A stretch of 64,000 bases of DNA from a bacterium (lineage in GTDB: Bacteria; Patescibacteriota; CPR2; UBA1875; JAJYID01). Position numbers and translations under genes: made by a program. Positions 1-9,586 of this stretch are shown here, in pieces; the first letter of the stretch is position 1, and every line of letters starts with the position of its first letter. The stretch is taken from the NCBI GenBank assembly GCA_030647205.1, contig JAUSJO010000003.1, forward strand, positions 10,602 through 74,601. The letters are read 5' to 3'. The notes under the pieces are model-generated. The model saw only the letters and a program-made list of their open reading frames with translations. It did no database searches and was not told the DNA's origin.

Positions 1-486
1 CATAACAATCGCATATTGGAATTCCCCATTGTACATATATACATATGCGCCTTGCTGGGTTACAGCCGGAGCGAATGCGTTTGGAATAAAATTCCAGATA
101 AGCCCCTGCCATTGTGTTCCGGTTCTGCCTGCAGTTTGTCTTTCACCGATAACAACACCGGATGCGACCTGTTGACCATTTGCGAGCAAAACTCGACCAT
201 CTCTAGTGACTACACCGCCAAGAGTATTTTTGTTACCAAGATCTTCTGTATAAATACCCATGTTTCCAAACATACTTTTTAGGTCTGTATGGACGCCATC
301 ACCATTGTTGATCTGGTTGATCATGTTAGTTTTATCATTTACACCACAGTTAATAACGTTTTGGGCATGGCACTCCCAAGCGTCTGCGGTTTTAGGGTTT
401 GCGGCTATTGGCACTAGCACTGCTACTGCAAGCGCTAGCATAGACACAACTCCTAGTATTCTTTTCTTTAGTTTGATATTTTTCAT
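1..486 (-). CDS. secreted hypothetical protein, N-terminal part (gene continues beyond window start)
   Basis: Minus-strand ATG at 486 preceded by AAGGAGAGG with an 8-nt spacer. Translation MKNIKLKKRILGVVSMLALAVAVLVPIAANPKTADAWECHAQ... has a signal peptide with an AxA-type cleavage site. The frame stays open to position 1. It is absent from the ORF track only because no stop codon lies inside the window. Confidence 0.5.
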   Translation of the reverse strand, partial: MKNIKLKKRILGVVSMLALAVAVLVPIAANPKTADAWECHAQNVINCGVNDKTNMINQINNGDGVHTDLKSMFGNMGIYTEDLGNKNTLGGVVTRDGRVLLANGQQVASGVVIGERQTAGRTGTQWQGLIWNFIPNAFAPAVTQQGAYVYMYNGEFQYAIVM

Positions 487-614
487 TGTCTTTTCCTCTC
501 CTTATTTACTATTTTTTAAAATTATAACTACTTTTGTGTTTCCCCGGGAGCAGTCCATGATGTCGCTAATGCGACTGGACTGCTCCCGAGAATCCGGGCT
601 AAAAAATCTGGAGT

Positions 615-1298
<684 letters not shown>

Positions 1299-1319
1299 GA
1301 TTTTACACCCTCTTTCGTT

Positions 1320-1436
1320 TCAGAATAATTTTGGTGTTCCGATCAATCTTTCAACCCACCTGGTGAGCCTTTCCACTTTTTTTAAGTGGTTTTTTGTTTC
1401 TCTCATCAAGTCAGTGTATGTCGGTTTGGTTTCCAT
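1320..1436 (-). CDS. small basic ORF (38 aa) coupled to the polyQ membrane-protein gene
   Basis: ATG preceded by GGTGAGAGG. Its TGA stop lies 18 nt upstream of the downstream gene's ATG. Peptide METKPTYTDLMRETKNHLKKVERLTRWVERLIGTPKLF. Below the ORF-track size threshold. Confidence 0.2.
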   Translation of the reverse strand: METKPTYTDLMRETKNHLKKVERLTRWVERLIGTPKLF

Positions 1437-2439
1437 TTTGCCTCTCACCTGCGACTGCAACGGTAAGTATATATTCAACTTTTAAATCCTCCAGAGATTT
1501 AAAAGTGATATCAAGGTGCATGTTACTGCTAAGTTTTTAGCAGCGGAATTTTGAGTTCCAGTTCTCAGAAACTCAAGCCCAAAATTCCACCGACCACATC
1601 AGGTATGGTTTACAGTTTTTGTTGTTAAAAATACAAAAGGGGGCCCTGTTTGACCCTCCCCTATATTCAACGTTCATCAACTCTTACGGTTGATATAGCA
1701 ATATATCATAAACACTATATCTTGTCAAGTCTTTTTTTCCTGCTTGGGCCATTTCGACCCTATTCTAAAACAAAAACATCTCTTTTAAACTGTTAATTGT
1801 CACAAATAATATGCGTATTTTGACCCTAGCGCAAGTATTTTATCACAATATGTACCTAAAAAAATAGGAGCCCCTGGTTAGGAGCCCCTTAAGTACAGGT
1901 CATGGTATTGTTGTCAGAGACCGTAGTTACTGCAATCAAGCAGTATTATTATGGGTTCTCTTAATCGTTATCGTCTTGATAGCTCTCACTTGTGCATCTA
2001 TGCCTTTGCCTGTAGTTCTTTACCTCTCTGTATAGAACGGGGGAAAAGAACAGTATAAAAAGGAGTAGGATTAGTAAATAGTTCAAAGGATCTTCCTTCC
2101 TTGTTTGAGCCTTTTCTTAAGCCGGTGGTGTCTGGGTAAAACTGGCAAGAGATCAACAAACAGAGAATAGATGAACAATCTGATTTTACTTCTTGCGATG
2201 TATATCATGCCAACTATAAATATTGCTATCAGGATGAACAAAAAAGTATCTAGCATTTTGTATGACCTTTCAGTTGTAAAGTGCACGGATGTATACCGAA
2301 GAATTTGATTGTAACCTAAGGAGAAATAAAAAAAGGAGTATTGTTGCCAGCTCCTTCTTGTTAAGGTCCAGTCGCCTTAAGCCTTTTCTAGTATAACATA
2401 CGATATTTATTTGACCAAACTCATCATGAAAAAAGAGGA

Positions 2440-2465
2440 AGCTCCGCAATATGCGGAGCTTTTTA
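2440..2465 (-). terminator. Rho-independent terminator at the end of the cop-like operon
   Basis: Perfect hairpin AGCTCCGCA-ATA-TGCGGAGCT (2440-2460) flanked by an A-run upstream and a T-run downstream. On the minus strand it is followed by TTCCTCTTTTTT. Confidence 0.55.
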
Positions 2466-2515
2466 AGTCTCGTAAGGATTGTCTATCTTCTTGTGGCGGT
2501 GGGGTACTAAGTAGC

Positions 2516-2629
2516 TTATGTATTTTGTTCCCCACCCTTTTTAACGGCCCATAGTATGAGGGATGTTCCCCCAACAACCATTATAAAGCATATGATTATA
2601 AGAAGGGTTTTTGCTGTTTCCGGACTCAT
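2516..2629 (-). CDS. small hydrophobic peptide (37 aa) at the distal end of the copper operon
   Basis: Internal ATG with RBS GAAGGAGAA 4 nt upstream. MSPETAKTLLIIICFIMVVGGTSLILWAVKKGGEQNT has one TM helix. The ORF track gives a longer 62-aa alternative (2516-2704). Confidence 0.3.
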   Translation of the reverse strand: MSPETAKTLLIIICFIMVVGGTSLILWAVKKGGEQNT

Positions 2630-2772
2630 GGGTTCTCCTTCGTGGTTTTTGGTACCTTTAGTAGGATAGGAAGAGAACTTTTTTGAAGGGCTTTTTGAGT
2701 GCAAAGTGTGTACCCAAAAGATTCTTATAATATAACATAAAAGTGTGATGATTGCAAACAGATCTAGTACAG

Positions 2773-3825
2773 CTATTCGACTACAAACTCTCCTTTATAC
2801 ATCCCCATGCTGCAGGTGAAGTTGATAGTCCCGGTTTTATCAGGCGTGAACTCGAAGCTGTCTGTGCCTGTTTTTGGCAGGACCTTCTGGATATTTAGCG
2901 AGGGTACTACAAAGGCTCTGATGCATCCTAAAGTGCCGCTTGTTTTTAAGGTTACCTTTGTGGGTACGCCTTTTTTCAATTTGATGGAATCCGGTTGATA
3001 GCCGTTATCGGTAAGATTTATAGTTACTTCCTGAACTCCATTTACCGTTTGCGCACTGCTGTCTGATGAGTTTCCCCCTTCTGATGTGGGGCAGTTGCTG
3101 CCTTGGCATGGAGCCACCGAGCTGTCGTCATTTTTTAGGGAAAGGCTAATCCCGGCGAGTGTTGTACCGGTTAGGATTGTGAAAACCGCTACAAAAAGGA
3201 CCAAAACTGCCACGACCTTCTGAAAGATAGCGCTCCACTTTTCCGTCAGCGTTGAGGCGGTATAGCCTAAGATGAAGAATAATGGCGATGTTCCAAGGAC
3301 AAATGAGAACATTATCGCAGCGCCGCTTATCCCGCTTCCGGAAGAGATAGCCAGTAGCATCATGGCCTGTGTTATAGCGCATGGTAAAAGGACGGTTAGG
3401 GCACCCATAAAGATAGCACCTAGATCGCCTGAGTTTTTTGTCTGCTTCCTTACAAATTTACGGATAAATTTTGGCGGTTGTATCGAGAAATATCTAAATA
3501 TCGGATGCACATTTAGGATATTTAGTGCCAAGCCGACCATGAAGATACCAATCAGGATTTGCAGCCAGCCGCGGACTGCCGGTGATAAAGATATAAAAGA
3601 TCCAAAAAATCCAAGCAGAAATCCGAGTATCGTGTAGGCGACAAGCTTTGCGATTAAGAATAATATTACCGGCCGTGCTTTTGGCGCGGGTTTGCTCTTT
3701 TTATCTTCGAGATATTCTTTTTCCTCATCAAGGATTACGCTCGCAAGGAGCCCCCCCTGAAGTGCGACACAAGAAAGTCCGCCTGTTGTTAAACCTGTTA
3801 GAAATGCTATCCAAAGCTGGTTCAT
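2773..3825 (-). CDS. DsbD_2/CcdA-like polytopic membrane protein fused to a C-terminal cupredoxin-like domain
   Basis: N-terminal part has the paired Cys-containing TM motifs of the PF13386-like family ([11 protein letters not shown] and [10 protein letters not shown]). The C-terminal ~100 aa is a beta-rich cupredoxin-like module ([18 protein letters not shown]). RBS AGGAG. The start overlaps the copA stop by 4 nt (ATGA). Confidence 0.65.
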   Translation of the reverse strand: MNQLWIAFLTGLTTGGLSCVALQGGLLASVILDEEKEYLEDKKSKPAPKARPVILFLIAKLVAYTILGFLLGFFGSFISLSPAVRGWLQILIGIFMVGLALNILNVHPIFRYFSIQPPKFIRKFVRKQTKNSGDLGAIFMGALTVLLPCAITQAMMLLAISSGSGISGAAIMFSFVLGTSPLFFILGYTASTLTEKWSAIFQKVVAVLVLFVAVFTILTGTTLAGISLSLKNDDSSVAPCQGSNCPTSEGGNSSDSSAQTVNGVQEVTINLTDNGYQPDSIKLKKGVPTKVTLKTSGTLGCIRAFVVPSLNIQKVLPKTGTDSFEFTPDKTGTINFTCSMGMYKGEFVVE

Positions 3826-6068
3826 ATCTTACTCCTTTTAAGTCTTAATGAATTTGAAACGACAGTTACCGAGCTGGCGGCCATGGCAGCGGAAGCTATC
3901 ATCGGGTTTAGCAAGATCCCAACAAATGGGTACAGTATCCCCGCCGCTACCGGTATTAAAACAATATTATATGCAAACGCCCAAAAAAGATTCTCCTTAA
4001 TTATTTTCATGGTGTTTCGTGACAGCTTCCATGCGCTATATACAGTGTCTAGAGAGCCGTTCATTGCAGTAATCTGTCCCGCTTCCATGGCGATATCCGT
4101 TCCTGTCCCCATAGCGATACCGATATCTGCTGTCGCAAGAGCGGGAGCGTCATTTATACCATCCCCAACCATGGCTACTTTTTGGTTCTTTTTCTGTAGT
4201 TCCTTCACTTTTTTCTCTTTATCTTCCGGTGCAACCTCGGCAAAAACATGACTTTCTTTAATCCCTGCTTTTTTGGCTATCGCCCGGGCTGTGCTTTTGT
4301 TATCTCCCGTAACCATATAGACATCTACAAGAGAGTCCTCAAAGTTTTTGATGGCTACGCGCGAGTCGTCTTTCATTGTATCGGCAATGGCTATAATCCC
4401 GACAGATTTTCCGTCAACAGCTACATAAACAGGTGTCTTTCCTTCTTTGGCATAACTTTCAGCTTGCTTGGTTAGTTTAGAAACATCAATCTTCTCCTTC
4501 TTCATCATTTTTTCATTGCCTTTTACCACCTTTTTCCCGTCAATTTCCGCCTTTATCCCTTGTCCTGAGATTGACTTGAAACCATCAGGATCAGATAGCA
4601 CCAGTCTCCTTTTTTCGGCTTCTCTAACCACAGCTTCTCCGAGCGGATGCTCCGACCTTCTTTCGGCGGAGGCAGATAGTCTCACAAGCTCGTTTTCTGA
4701 CAAACTAGAAATATTATGCACGTCTACAACTTCTGGTTCCCCTTTTGTAATAGTGCCCGTTTTGTCCAAAAGTAGAGCATCAATTTTTTGAAATTTTTCT
4801 AGGCTCTCAGCATCTTTTATTAAAATTCCTTTTTCAGCTCCCTTCCCCGTTCCGACCATTATAGCAGTTGGTGTCGCCAGACCTAGTGCGCACGGGCAGG
4901 CAATAACTACTACGGCGACCATGGTGACGAGGGCTATGCCCAAGCCGGCAAAGATATACCAGACGACAAATGTCCCGATGGCAATGGTGAGGACGGCCGG
5001 CACGAAGTATCCGGAAATAACATCGGCAAGCCTCTGGATCGGCGCTTTGGAACCTTGTGCCTCTTCAACTAGCTTTATAATTTGAGCGAGTAGTGTATCT
5101 TTCCCTACCTTTTCAGCACGAAACGTAAATGAACCGGATTTATTTATTGTAGCGCCATAGACTTGAGCGCCCACACCCTTATCGGCTGGGATTGACTCTC
5201 CTGTCACCATCGACTCATCGATGGATGATTCACCAGACAGGATTACGCCGTCAACCGGTATCCTCTCTCCTGGTCGGACAACTATTTCATCGCCAACGGC
5301 TACTTCATCTATCGGAATATCTATTTCTTTGCCGTCCCTGACTATCCTTGCCGTTTTAGGGCTTAATCCGGCGAGTTTCTTTATAGCGGAGCTGGCTTTG
5401 CCCTTAGCTCGCGCTTCGAAATATTTACCAAGTAAAACCAAGGTGATTACAACCGCCGAAACGTCGAAGTATGTACCGATGTCCTTAAAGTTGATGCCCA
5501 AACCTTCCGCAAACGTTACAAATGTACTAAATATAAATGCGGTTAATGTGCCGATAGCTATTAAAGTATCCATATTCGCATTTCGGTGCTTTAAACCTTT
5601 CAAAAATCCGGAGATAAATGTCTTGCCTACCCAGAACTGGACAGGCAGAGCGAGCAAAAACATGAGGATATTTTGGGTTTTCATCGGTATTTCGGGCGTG
5701 CCGGGGATGAGGTTCATATTCCCGAGAACCATAATAATGACTGATAAGATACCACCGACGATAACTTTTATCTTTAAATCTCGCAGGTCTTTCTTTTTTT
5801 CTACATCTTGTGCGCTCTCATGTTCCTGGGCTTCACCGTCCTCAGTCTTTATCGACTCATCAGAGTAGACATCATATCCTGTATCTTTGATGGTCTGGAT
5901 AATTTTATTTCTTGTAATGCCTTCTGGGGCTTCAATGGTTGCTTTTTCGGTCGCATAGTTCACGGTCGCCTCGGTATCGGGCAGCTTGCTTAGAGCATTT
6001 TCAAGATTCATAGCACAGCTTGCACAGTGCATGCCTTTTATTTTTAAAGTGGTTTTATTTTTTTGCAT
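3822..6068 (-). CDS. copA: copper-translocating P1B-type ATPase
   Basis: N-terminal HMA domain GMHCASCA, the CPC transmembrane metal-binding motif, the DKTGTIT phosphorylation site and the [10 protein letters not shown] hinge. 748 aa. Confidence 0.95.
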   Translation of the reverse strand: MQKNKTTLKIKGMHCASCAMNLENALSKLPDTEATVNYATEKATIEAPEGITRNKIIQTIKDTGYDVYSDESIKTEDGEAQEHESAQDVEKKKDLRDLKIKVIVGGILSVIIMVLGNMNLIPGTPEIPMKTQNILMFLLALPVQFWVGKTFISGFLKGLKHRNANMDTLIAIGTLTAFIFSTFVTFAEGLGINFKDIGTYFDVSAVVITLVLLGKYFEARAKGKASSAIKKLAGLSPKTARIVRDGKEIDIPIDEVAVGDEIVVRPGERIPVDGVILSGESSIDESMVTGESIPADKGVGAQVYGATINKSGSFTFRAEKVGKDTLLAQIIKLVEEAQGSKAPIQRLADVISGYFVPAVLTIAIGTFVVWYIFAGLGIALVTMVAVVVIACPCALGLATPTAIMVGTGKGAEKGILIKDAESLEKFQKIDALLLDKTGTITKGEPEVVDVHNISSLSENELVRLSASAERRSEHPLGEAVVREAEKRRLVLSDPDGFKSISGQGIKAEIDGKKVVKGNEKMMKKEKIDVSKLTKQAESYAKEGKTPVYVAVDGKSVGIIAIADTMKDDSRVAIKNFEDSLVDVYMVTGDNKSTARAIAKKAGIKESHVFAEVAPEDKEKKVKELQKKNQKVAMVGDGINDAPALATADIGIAMGTGTDIAMEAGQITAMNGSLDTVYSAWKLSRNTMKIIKENLFWAFAYNIVLIPVAAGILYPFVGILLNPMIASAAMAASSVTVVSNSLRLKRSKI

Positions 6069-6136
6069 TTTTCCCTCCTAGAAAAAACCAAAGCACGAAA
6101 CCTATCAAACTAACTCCGCCCACTGTTACTATAATC

Positions 6137-6754
6137 TTATCCAATGCTAGCCTCCTTTTGCCTTATCATTTCTCTGTTATTATCATTCTGAGTTTGCGAA
6201 GAATCTTGAGATCCTTCGTGCCTCAGGATGACATTACTAACTGACAGATACGTATTTGGGTCCTTTACAAACTTTTCTTTGCATCCTCTCGCGCAGAAGA
6301 AATAGTCTTCACCACCATGTTTGCAGTTATCTGCGGCCGTCTTTGCGCTTACCATCATTCCGCAGACCGGATCCTTGTACTCTTTCAGGTAATCTTCAAG
6401 CTTCATATCATCATCAATTAGTCCGGTTATATGCTTTGCCCCTTTAAATTTATTTTGCAAAACTTCACGGATTAAGTCGCTTGCCTTTAATATTTTAGAA
6501 TCGGTCAATGAATAGTAAATGTATGTTCCCTCGCGTCTCGTTTTTACGAGGTTATTTTCTCTAAGGACCATTAAATGCTGGGAAATATTTGCTTGGCGCA
6601 TATCAAGCATTTCCTCAAGCTCGCCGACAGTCAGCTCTTTTTCCCTAATCAAATGAACAATCTCCAGCCTTTTCGGGTTAGCGAGAACTTTAAAAACGTC
6701 CGCATGTAAATCAAAAATTGTTATACTCATCTCTTCTCCCCTAATAATATTCAA
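6137..6754 (-). CDS. ArsR/SmtB-family metalloregulator fused to a C-terminal TRASH/YHS metal-binding domain
   Basis: N-terminal winged HTH (LANPKRLEIVHLI...LTVGELEEML...ANISQHLMVLRENNLV). C-terminal CGMMV...C...FFCARGCK matches TRASH/YHS cysteine spacing. The last ~35 codons are read through a repeat element (see the 6183-6232 feature). Confidence 0.8.
   Translation of the reverse strand: MNIIRGEEMSITIFDLHADVFKVLANPKRLEIVHLIREKELTVGELEEMLDMRQANISQHLMVLRENNLVKTRREGTYIYYSLTDSKILKASDLIREVLQNKFKGAKHITGLIDDDMKLEDYLKEYKDPVCGMMVSAKTAADNCKHGGEDYFFCARGCKEKFVKDPNTYLSVSNVILRHEGSQDSSQTQNDNNREMIRQKEASIG
6183..6232. repeat. MITE/REP-like palindromic element copy E1, inside the 3' coding end of the regulator
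   Basis: ATCATTCTGAG...GATCCTTCGTGCCTCAGGATGAC. Its right half is the exact reverse complement of GTCATCCTGAGGCACGAAGGATC at 12750-12772. ~55 nt align to copy E3. Confidence 0.6.
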
Positions 6755-6797
6755 TATTCTGAATATATTCTCTATTCAAGAGCGTGTCAAGGAGAAA

Positions 6798-7136
6798 TTA
6801 TCTTACAATAGTAGGTTTAAAGAATTGTTCTTGGAAATTTGTTTGATTTAGAATTTCTTCATCTGTAAGCCTTGTTCCTTTTGGCACAACAACTAGTTTG
6901 TCGTCATCATCATCTAGCCTGTGTACTATAGCGATTACCTCGCCGGTGAATTTATCGAGCGGTTTATCAACTCCTAAAACGTATGCGTCCAGCTCTTCTC
7001 CGTCGGGGGCTATCACGCCAGGAATATAGCCGTAGTTTACTTCATATTCAAAACCATGCTTGGGATGTTTTGACCCAAGCGGTCTGTCCATCACAACTTC
7101 AACTTCTTTACCTATATATTCTTTATATTCAGACAT
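6798..7136 (-). CDS. short inorganic-pyrophosphatase-like protein (112 aa)
   Basis: NYGYIPGVIAPDGEELDAYVLG and DDDDDKLVVVPKG align to the family I PPase core (NYGYI..DGDPVDVLV and DAKLVAVP). It lacks the N-terminal ~50 residues of canonical enzymes. Confidence 0.5.
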   Translation of the reverse strand: MSEYKEYIGKEVEVVMDRPLGSKHPKHGFEYEVNYGYIPGVIAPDGEELDAYVLGVDKPLDKFTGEVIAIVHRLDDDDDKLVVVPKGTRLTDEEILNQTNFQEQFFKPTIVR

Positions 7137-7162
7137 AAGATTTTACTTTAATGATATGAGCG

Positions 7163-7924
7163 CTAGACAGAAAATTCTGTCCCTAAGTTCACACCCTCTT
7201 TTATTAAGGATAATATAGCCCCGTCTTTTTTGCCATTTAGTATATTAGTGGTTATCCCGTTCTCCATTGCTTCCTCTGCTACCAAAATCTTTGAAAGCAT
7301 CCCTCCCTTACCGTTTTCGCTTTTTGTTTCGTTGACCATCGCCTTTATTTTGTCGTCAATTTTTTCGACCCGAGATATTAGGCTAGAACTCTCATCCGTT
7401 TTTGGGTCTGAAGAGTGAAGTCCGTCTACGTCTGTCAGTAGGATAAGCCTATCTGCATTTACTAGTTTGGCTAACTTTAATGCCAGCTGGTCGTTGTCGC
7501 TAAATCTTATCTCTTCATCTGCTACGGTATCATTTTCATTTATGATCGGAATAACCTTTTCTTTGAGCAGCTCCGCTATTGTTTCTTTTGCTTTTTGCTT
7601 GCTCTCGTTATCGGCTAGCTCTTTCCATGTGAGCAGTGCTTGTGCAACTAGTGTCGGATGAAATGCTTTAATCCAGGCTTCCATAAGATAACCTTGACCA
7701 ATAGCCGCTAATGCTCTTTTTCTCGCCAATGAGTTTGGCCTGTTAGTTTCACCAATATGTTTTAAGCCGGAAGAAATCGCTCCTGAGGATACAACGAGAA
7801 TTTCATAACCATCATTGTGTAATTTCGAGACATCATTTGCCAGAGAGTTTATACGCTTATAGTTTAAGCCGTTGCTTGAGGTTATAGTGTCGCTGCCTAT
7901 TTTTATCACTAATCTTTTGTTCAT
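7163..7924 (-). CDS. proB: glutamate 5-kinase (amino-acid kinase family, no PUA domain)
   Basis: Start chosen at the internal ATG (MNKRLVIKIGS...). VVSSGAI, GQGYLM and NENDTV..E..FSDND.LA..LA..V.AD.LILLTDVDGL are ProB signatures. The ORF track's 7996 start would run through the upstream terminator hairpin. Confidence 0.85.
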   Translation of the reverse strand: MNKRLVIKIGSDTITSSNGLNYKRINSLANDVSKLHNDGYEILVVSSGAISSGLKHIGETNRPNSLARKRALAAIGQGYLMEAWIKAFHPTLVAQALLTWKELADNESKQKAKETIAELLKEKVIPIINENDTVADEEIRFSDNDQLALKLAKLVNADRLILLTDVDGLHSSDPKTDESSSLISRVEKIDDKIKAMVNETKSENGKGGMLSKILVAEEAMENGITTNILNGKKDGAILSLIKEGVNLGTEFSV

Positions 7925-7984
7925 AATGCTAAATTTTACCTCAAAATAGCCAAAAAGAAAAGCGGACACTCTTGGTCCGCGGAT

Positions 7985-8009
7985 GGGCCGGATCATCGAT
8001 GTCCGGCCC
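7985..8009 (-). terminator. terminator hairpin downstream of the 8012-8392 gene
   Basis: GGGCCGGA-tcatcgatg-TCCGGCCC perfect 8-bp GC stem directly after the stop. On the minus strand it is followed by CTTTTCTTTTTGG. Confidence 0.5.
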
Positions 8010-8011
8010 GC

Positions 8012-8392
8012 TTATACTCTTGGCTTGAGGGAATACTCCTGAAACACCTCGTTTAGTGTTTTAATAATAGTGCCCCATTCGGCATTACATTTTTTGATTA
8101 TAGTAATGCTTTTCTTCCGGAAGAATACGAACTCGACTTCTTCGGGCATGATCAGGTCGAACATAATGTTCCTCTCGACCAAATCAGTTTTAAGAAATGC
8201 ACTATCGTCTTTCTGCGATACTATTTCATGAATGATCTCCCATGACCATTTACCCAGCATGTCGTGAAAATTGTTTTGAGTCATTACTTTAAGCCTGCAT
8301 TTATCCCTTGAGTAGCTATGGATTGCGGGATGTTCTAATGACAGCATTTGTCTCACCTCCTCACAGTACACTTGATTGCAAGAAGCTGTCAT
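8012..8392 (-). CDS. hypothetical protein
   Basis: 126-aa ORF in the same orientation as its neighbours, with a terminator immediately downstream. No recognisable motif. Confidence 0.4.
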   Translation of the reverse strand: MTASCNQVYCEEVRQMLSLEHPAIHSYSRDKCRLKVMTQNNFHDMLGKWSWEIIHEIVSQKDDSAFLKTDLVERNIMFDLIMPEEVEFVFFRKKSITIIKKCNAEWGTIIKTLNEVFQEYSLKPRV

Positions 8393-8486
8393 TATAGCTC
8401 AGAAAGTAACTGATTACAATATTTTCATCAAACGATTTAAACGGCCGTCCTAACTCTCTGGTTAGATTAACGGCCGTTTTAGAACA

Positions 8487-8735
8487 TTAGGGAGTATTGT
8501 TTTTTTGGCTTCCGGCATAGGATCCTACCCACGTAAGTGTGCTCATGTTAATTTCGGCCGTGCACCATCTACACTCTTTATGTTTCTTGTCCTTAATCTT
8601 GTTTTTACCCTTCTCGAAGTCCTCCTCAAAGAGAAACTTCTTGCAACTCGGACATATAGCATATCCAGATGGCATTTTGCCCCTCCTTGATTTTTGAGGT
8701 AATTTGTATAAGTTTCCCCCGATGATTTTTACCAT
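8487..8735 (-). CDS. small zinc-ribbon protein (hypothetical)
   Basis: 82 aa, with CPSC...(21)...CRWC spacing typical of a four-Cys zinc ribbon. Lys-rich. Confidence 0.4.
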   Translation of the reverse strand: MVKIIGGNLYKLPQKSRRGKMPSGYAICPSCKKFLFEEDFEKGKNKIKDKKHKECRWCTAEINMSTLTWVGSYAGSQKNNTP

Positions 8736-8973
8736 CAGGCAAATTTAAATATATCATCGCGGAAAGGTCTTTTCTTCGGTTTATATAACAAAAAAAGGAC
8801 TCGGATATTTTCCGAGCCCTGTGGACCGAGGGGACTCCCATCATTCTGGGAACCCCCAATACTTTTTGCTCTTTATTGGACGGTCTAAAAACCGTCGGCA
8901 AGCTCCCCGTTTGTTGGAGGGACCTTTAGAAGCATCCTGATAAATAATATGGCAGTAGCAACCATTCCTTCTC

Positions 8974-9138
8974 CTAGTCTGTTTTCTGTGAGTCTTTAAT
9001 GCCGGGAGTAAACTTCCGTTTTCCTTTGCCCCATCCCTTCCCTCTTGGCTGAGGAGTTCCCCAGAAGTAGTCTCCGGTTAAGAACTCAATCACACGAAGA
9101 AGACCAAGGCCAATGGGGATCAAAAGTAACAGTGGCAT
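8974..9138 (-). CDS. small membrane peptide B (54 aa)
   Basis: ATG with RBS AGGAGG 6 nt upstream. MPLLLLIPIGLGLLRVIEFLTGDYFWG... has one TM helix and a basic GKGWGKGKRK tail. The ORF-track 95-aa version starts upstream, inside peptide A. Confidence 0.35.
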   Translation of the reverse strand: MPLLLLIPIGLGLLRVIEFLTGDYFWGTPQPRGKGWGKGKRKFTPGIKDSQKTD

Positions 9139-9155
9139 CTCTCCTCCTAATCCAG

Positions 9156-9335
9156 TTAATCCAGGGATTTTATAGAAAAAGTTCCTCTGCTCTTCTTGCT
9201 TATCTCTCCTCTCGGAAACGGGCCATGTACGATATTGTACCCATACATAGCAACACAGCAAACTACACAGATTGCACCGAGTAGTATCTGTATTATTGTG
9301 GGCAGTGATGCAAAGAAAGTGGTAACACCATCCAT
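9156..9335 (-). CDS. small membrane peptide A (59 aa)
   Basis: ATG with RBS GGAGAA 6 nt upstream. MDGVTTFFASLPTIIQILLGAICVVCCVAMYGY... has one TM helix. It ends 17 nt before peptide B starts. Confidence 0.35.
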   Translation of the reverse strand: MDGVTTFFASLPTIIQILLGAICVVCCVAMYGYNIVHGPFPRGEISKKSRGTFSIKSLD

Positions 9336-9586
9336 ACTCTTCTCCTTTTTTCTAGACTAATATGTGGATAATACAAGGGAAATGCTTTCCGGTACATTGC
9401 CTATCGGCAAAGCTCAAATGGTTCGTCGACTCCGTAATCTGCCGGGCAGATCATCAAAACGATTATTTTCATAGTATCAAAGAATTTTTTCATTTTCTCA
9501 CCCCCCGGTTTGTTAAAGGTACAACTTTTCAAATTATATCAAGGAAAGTTGCTTGATTCAAGTTAGGATAAGCGTAATGAAGAGTT

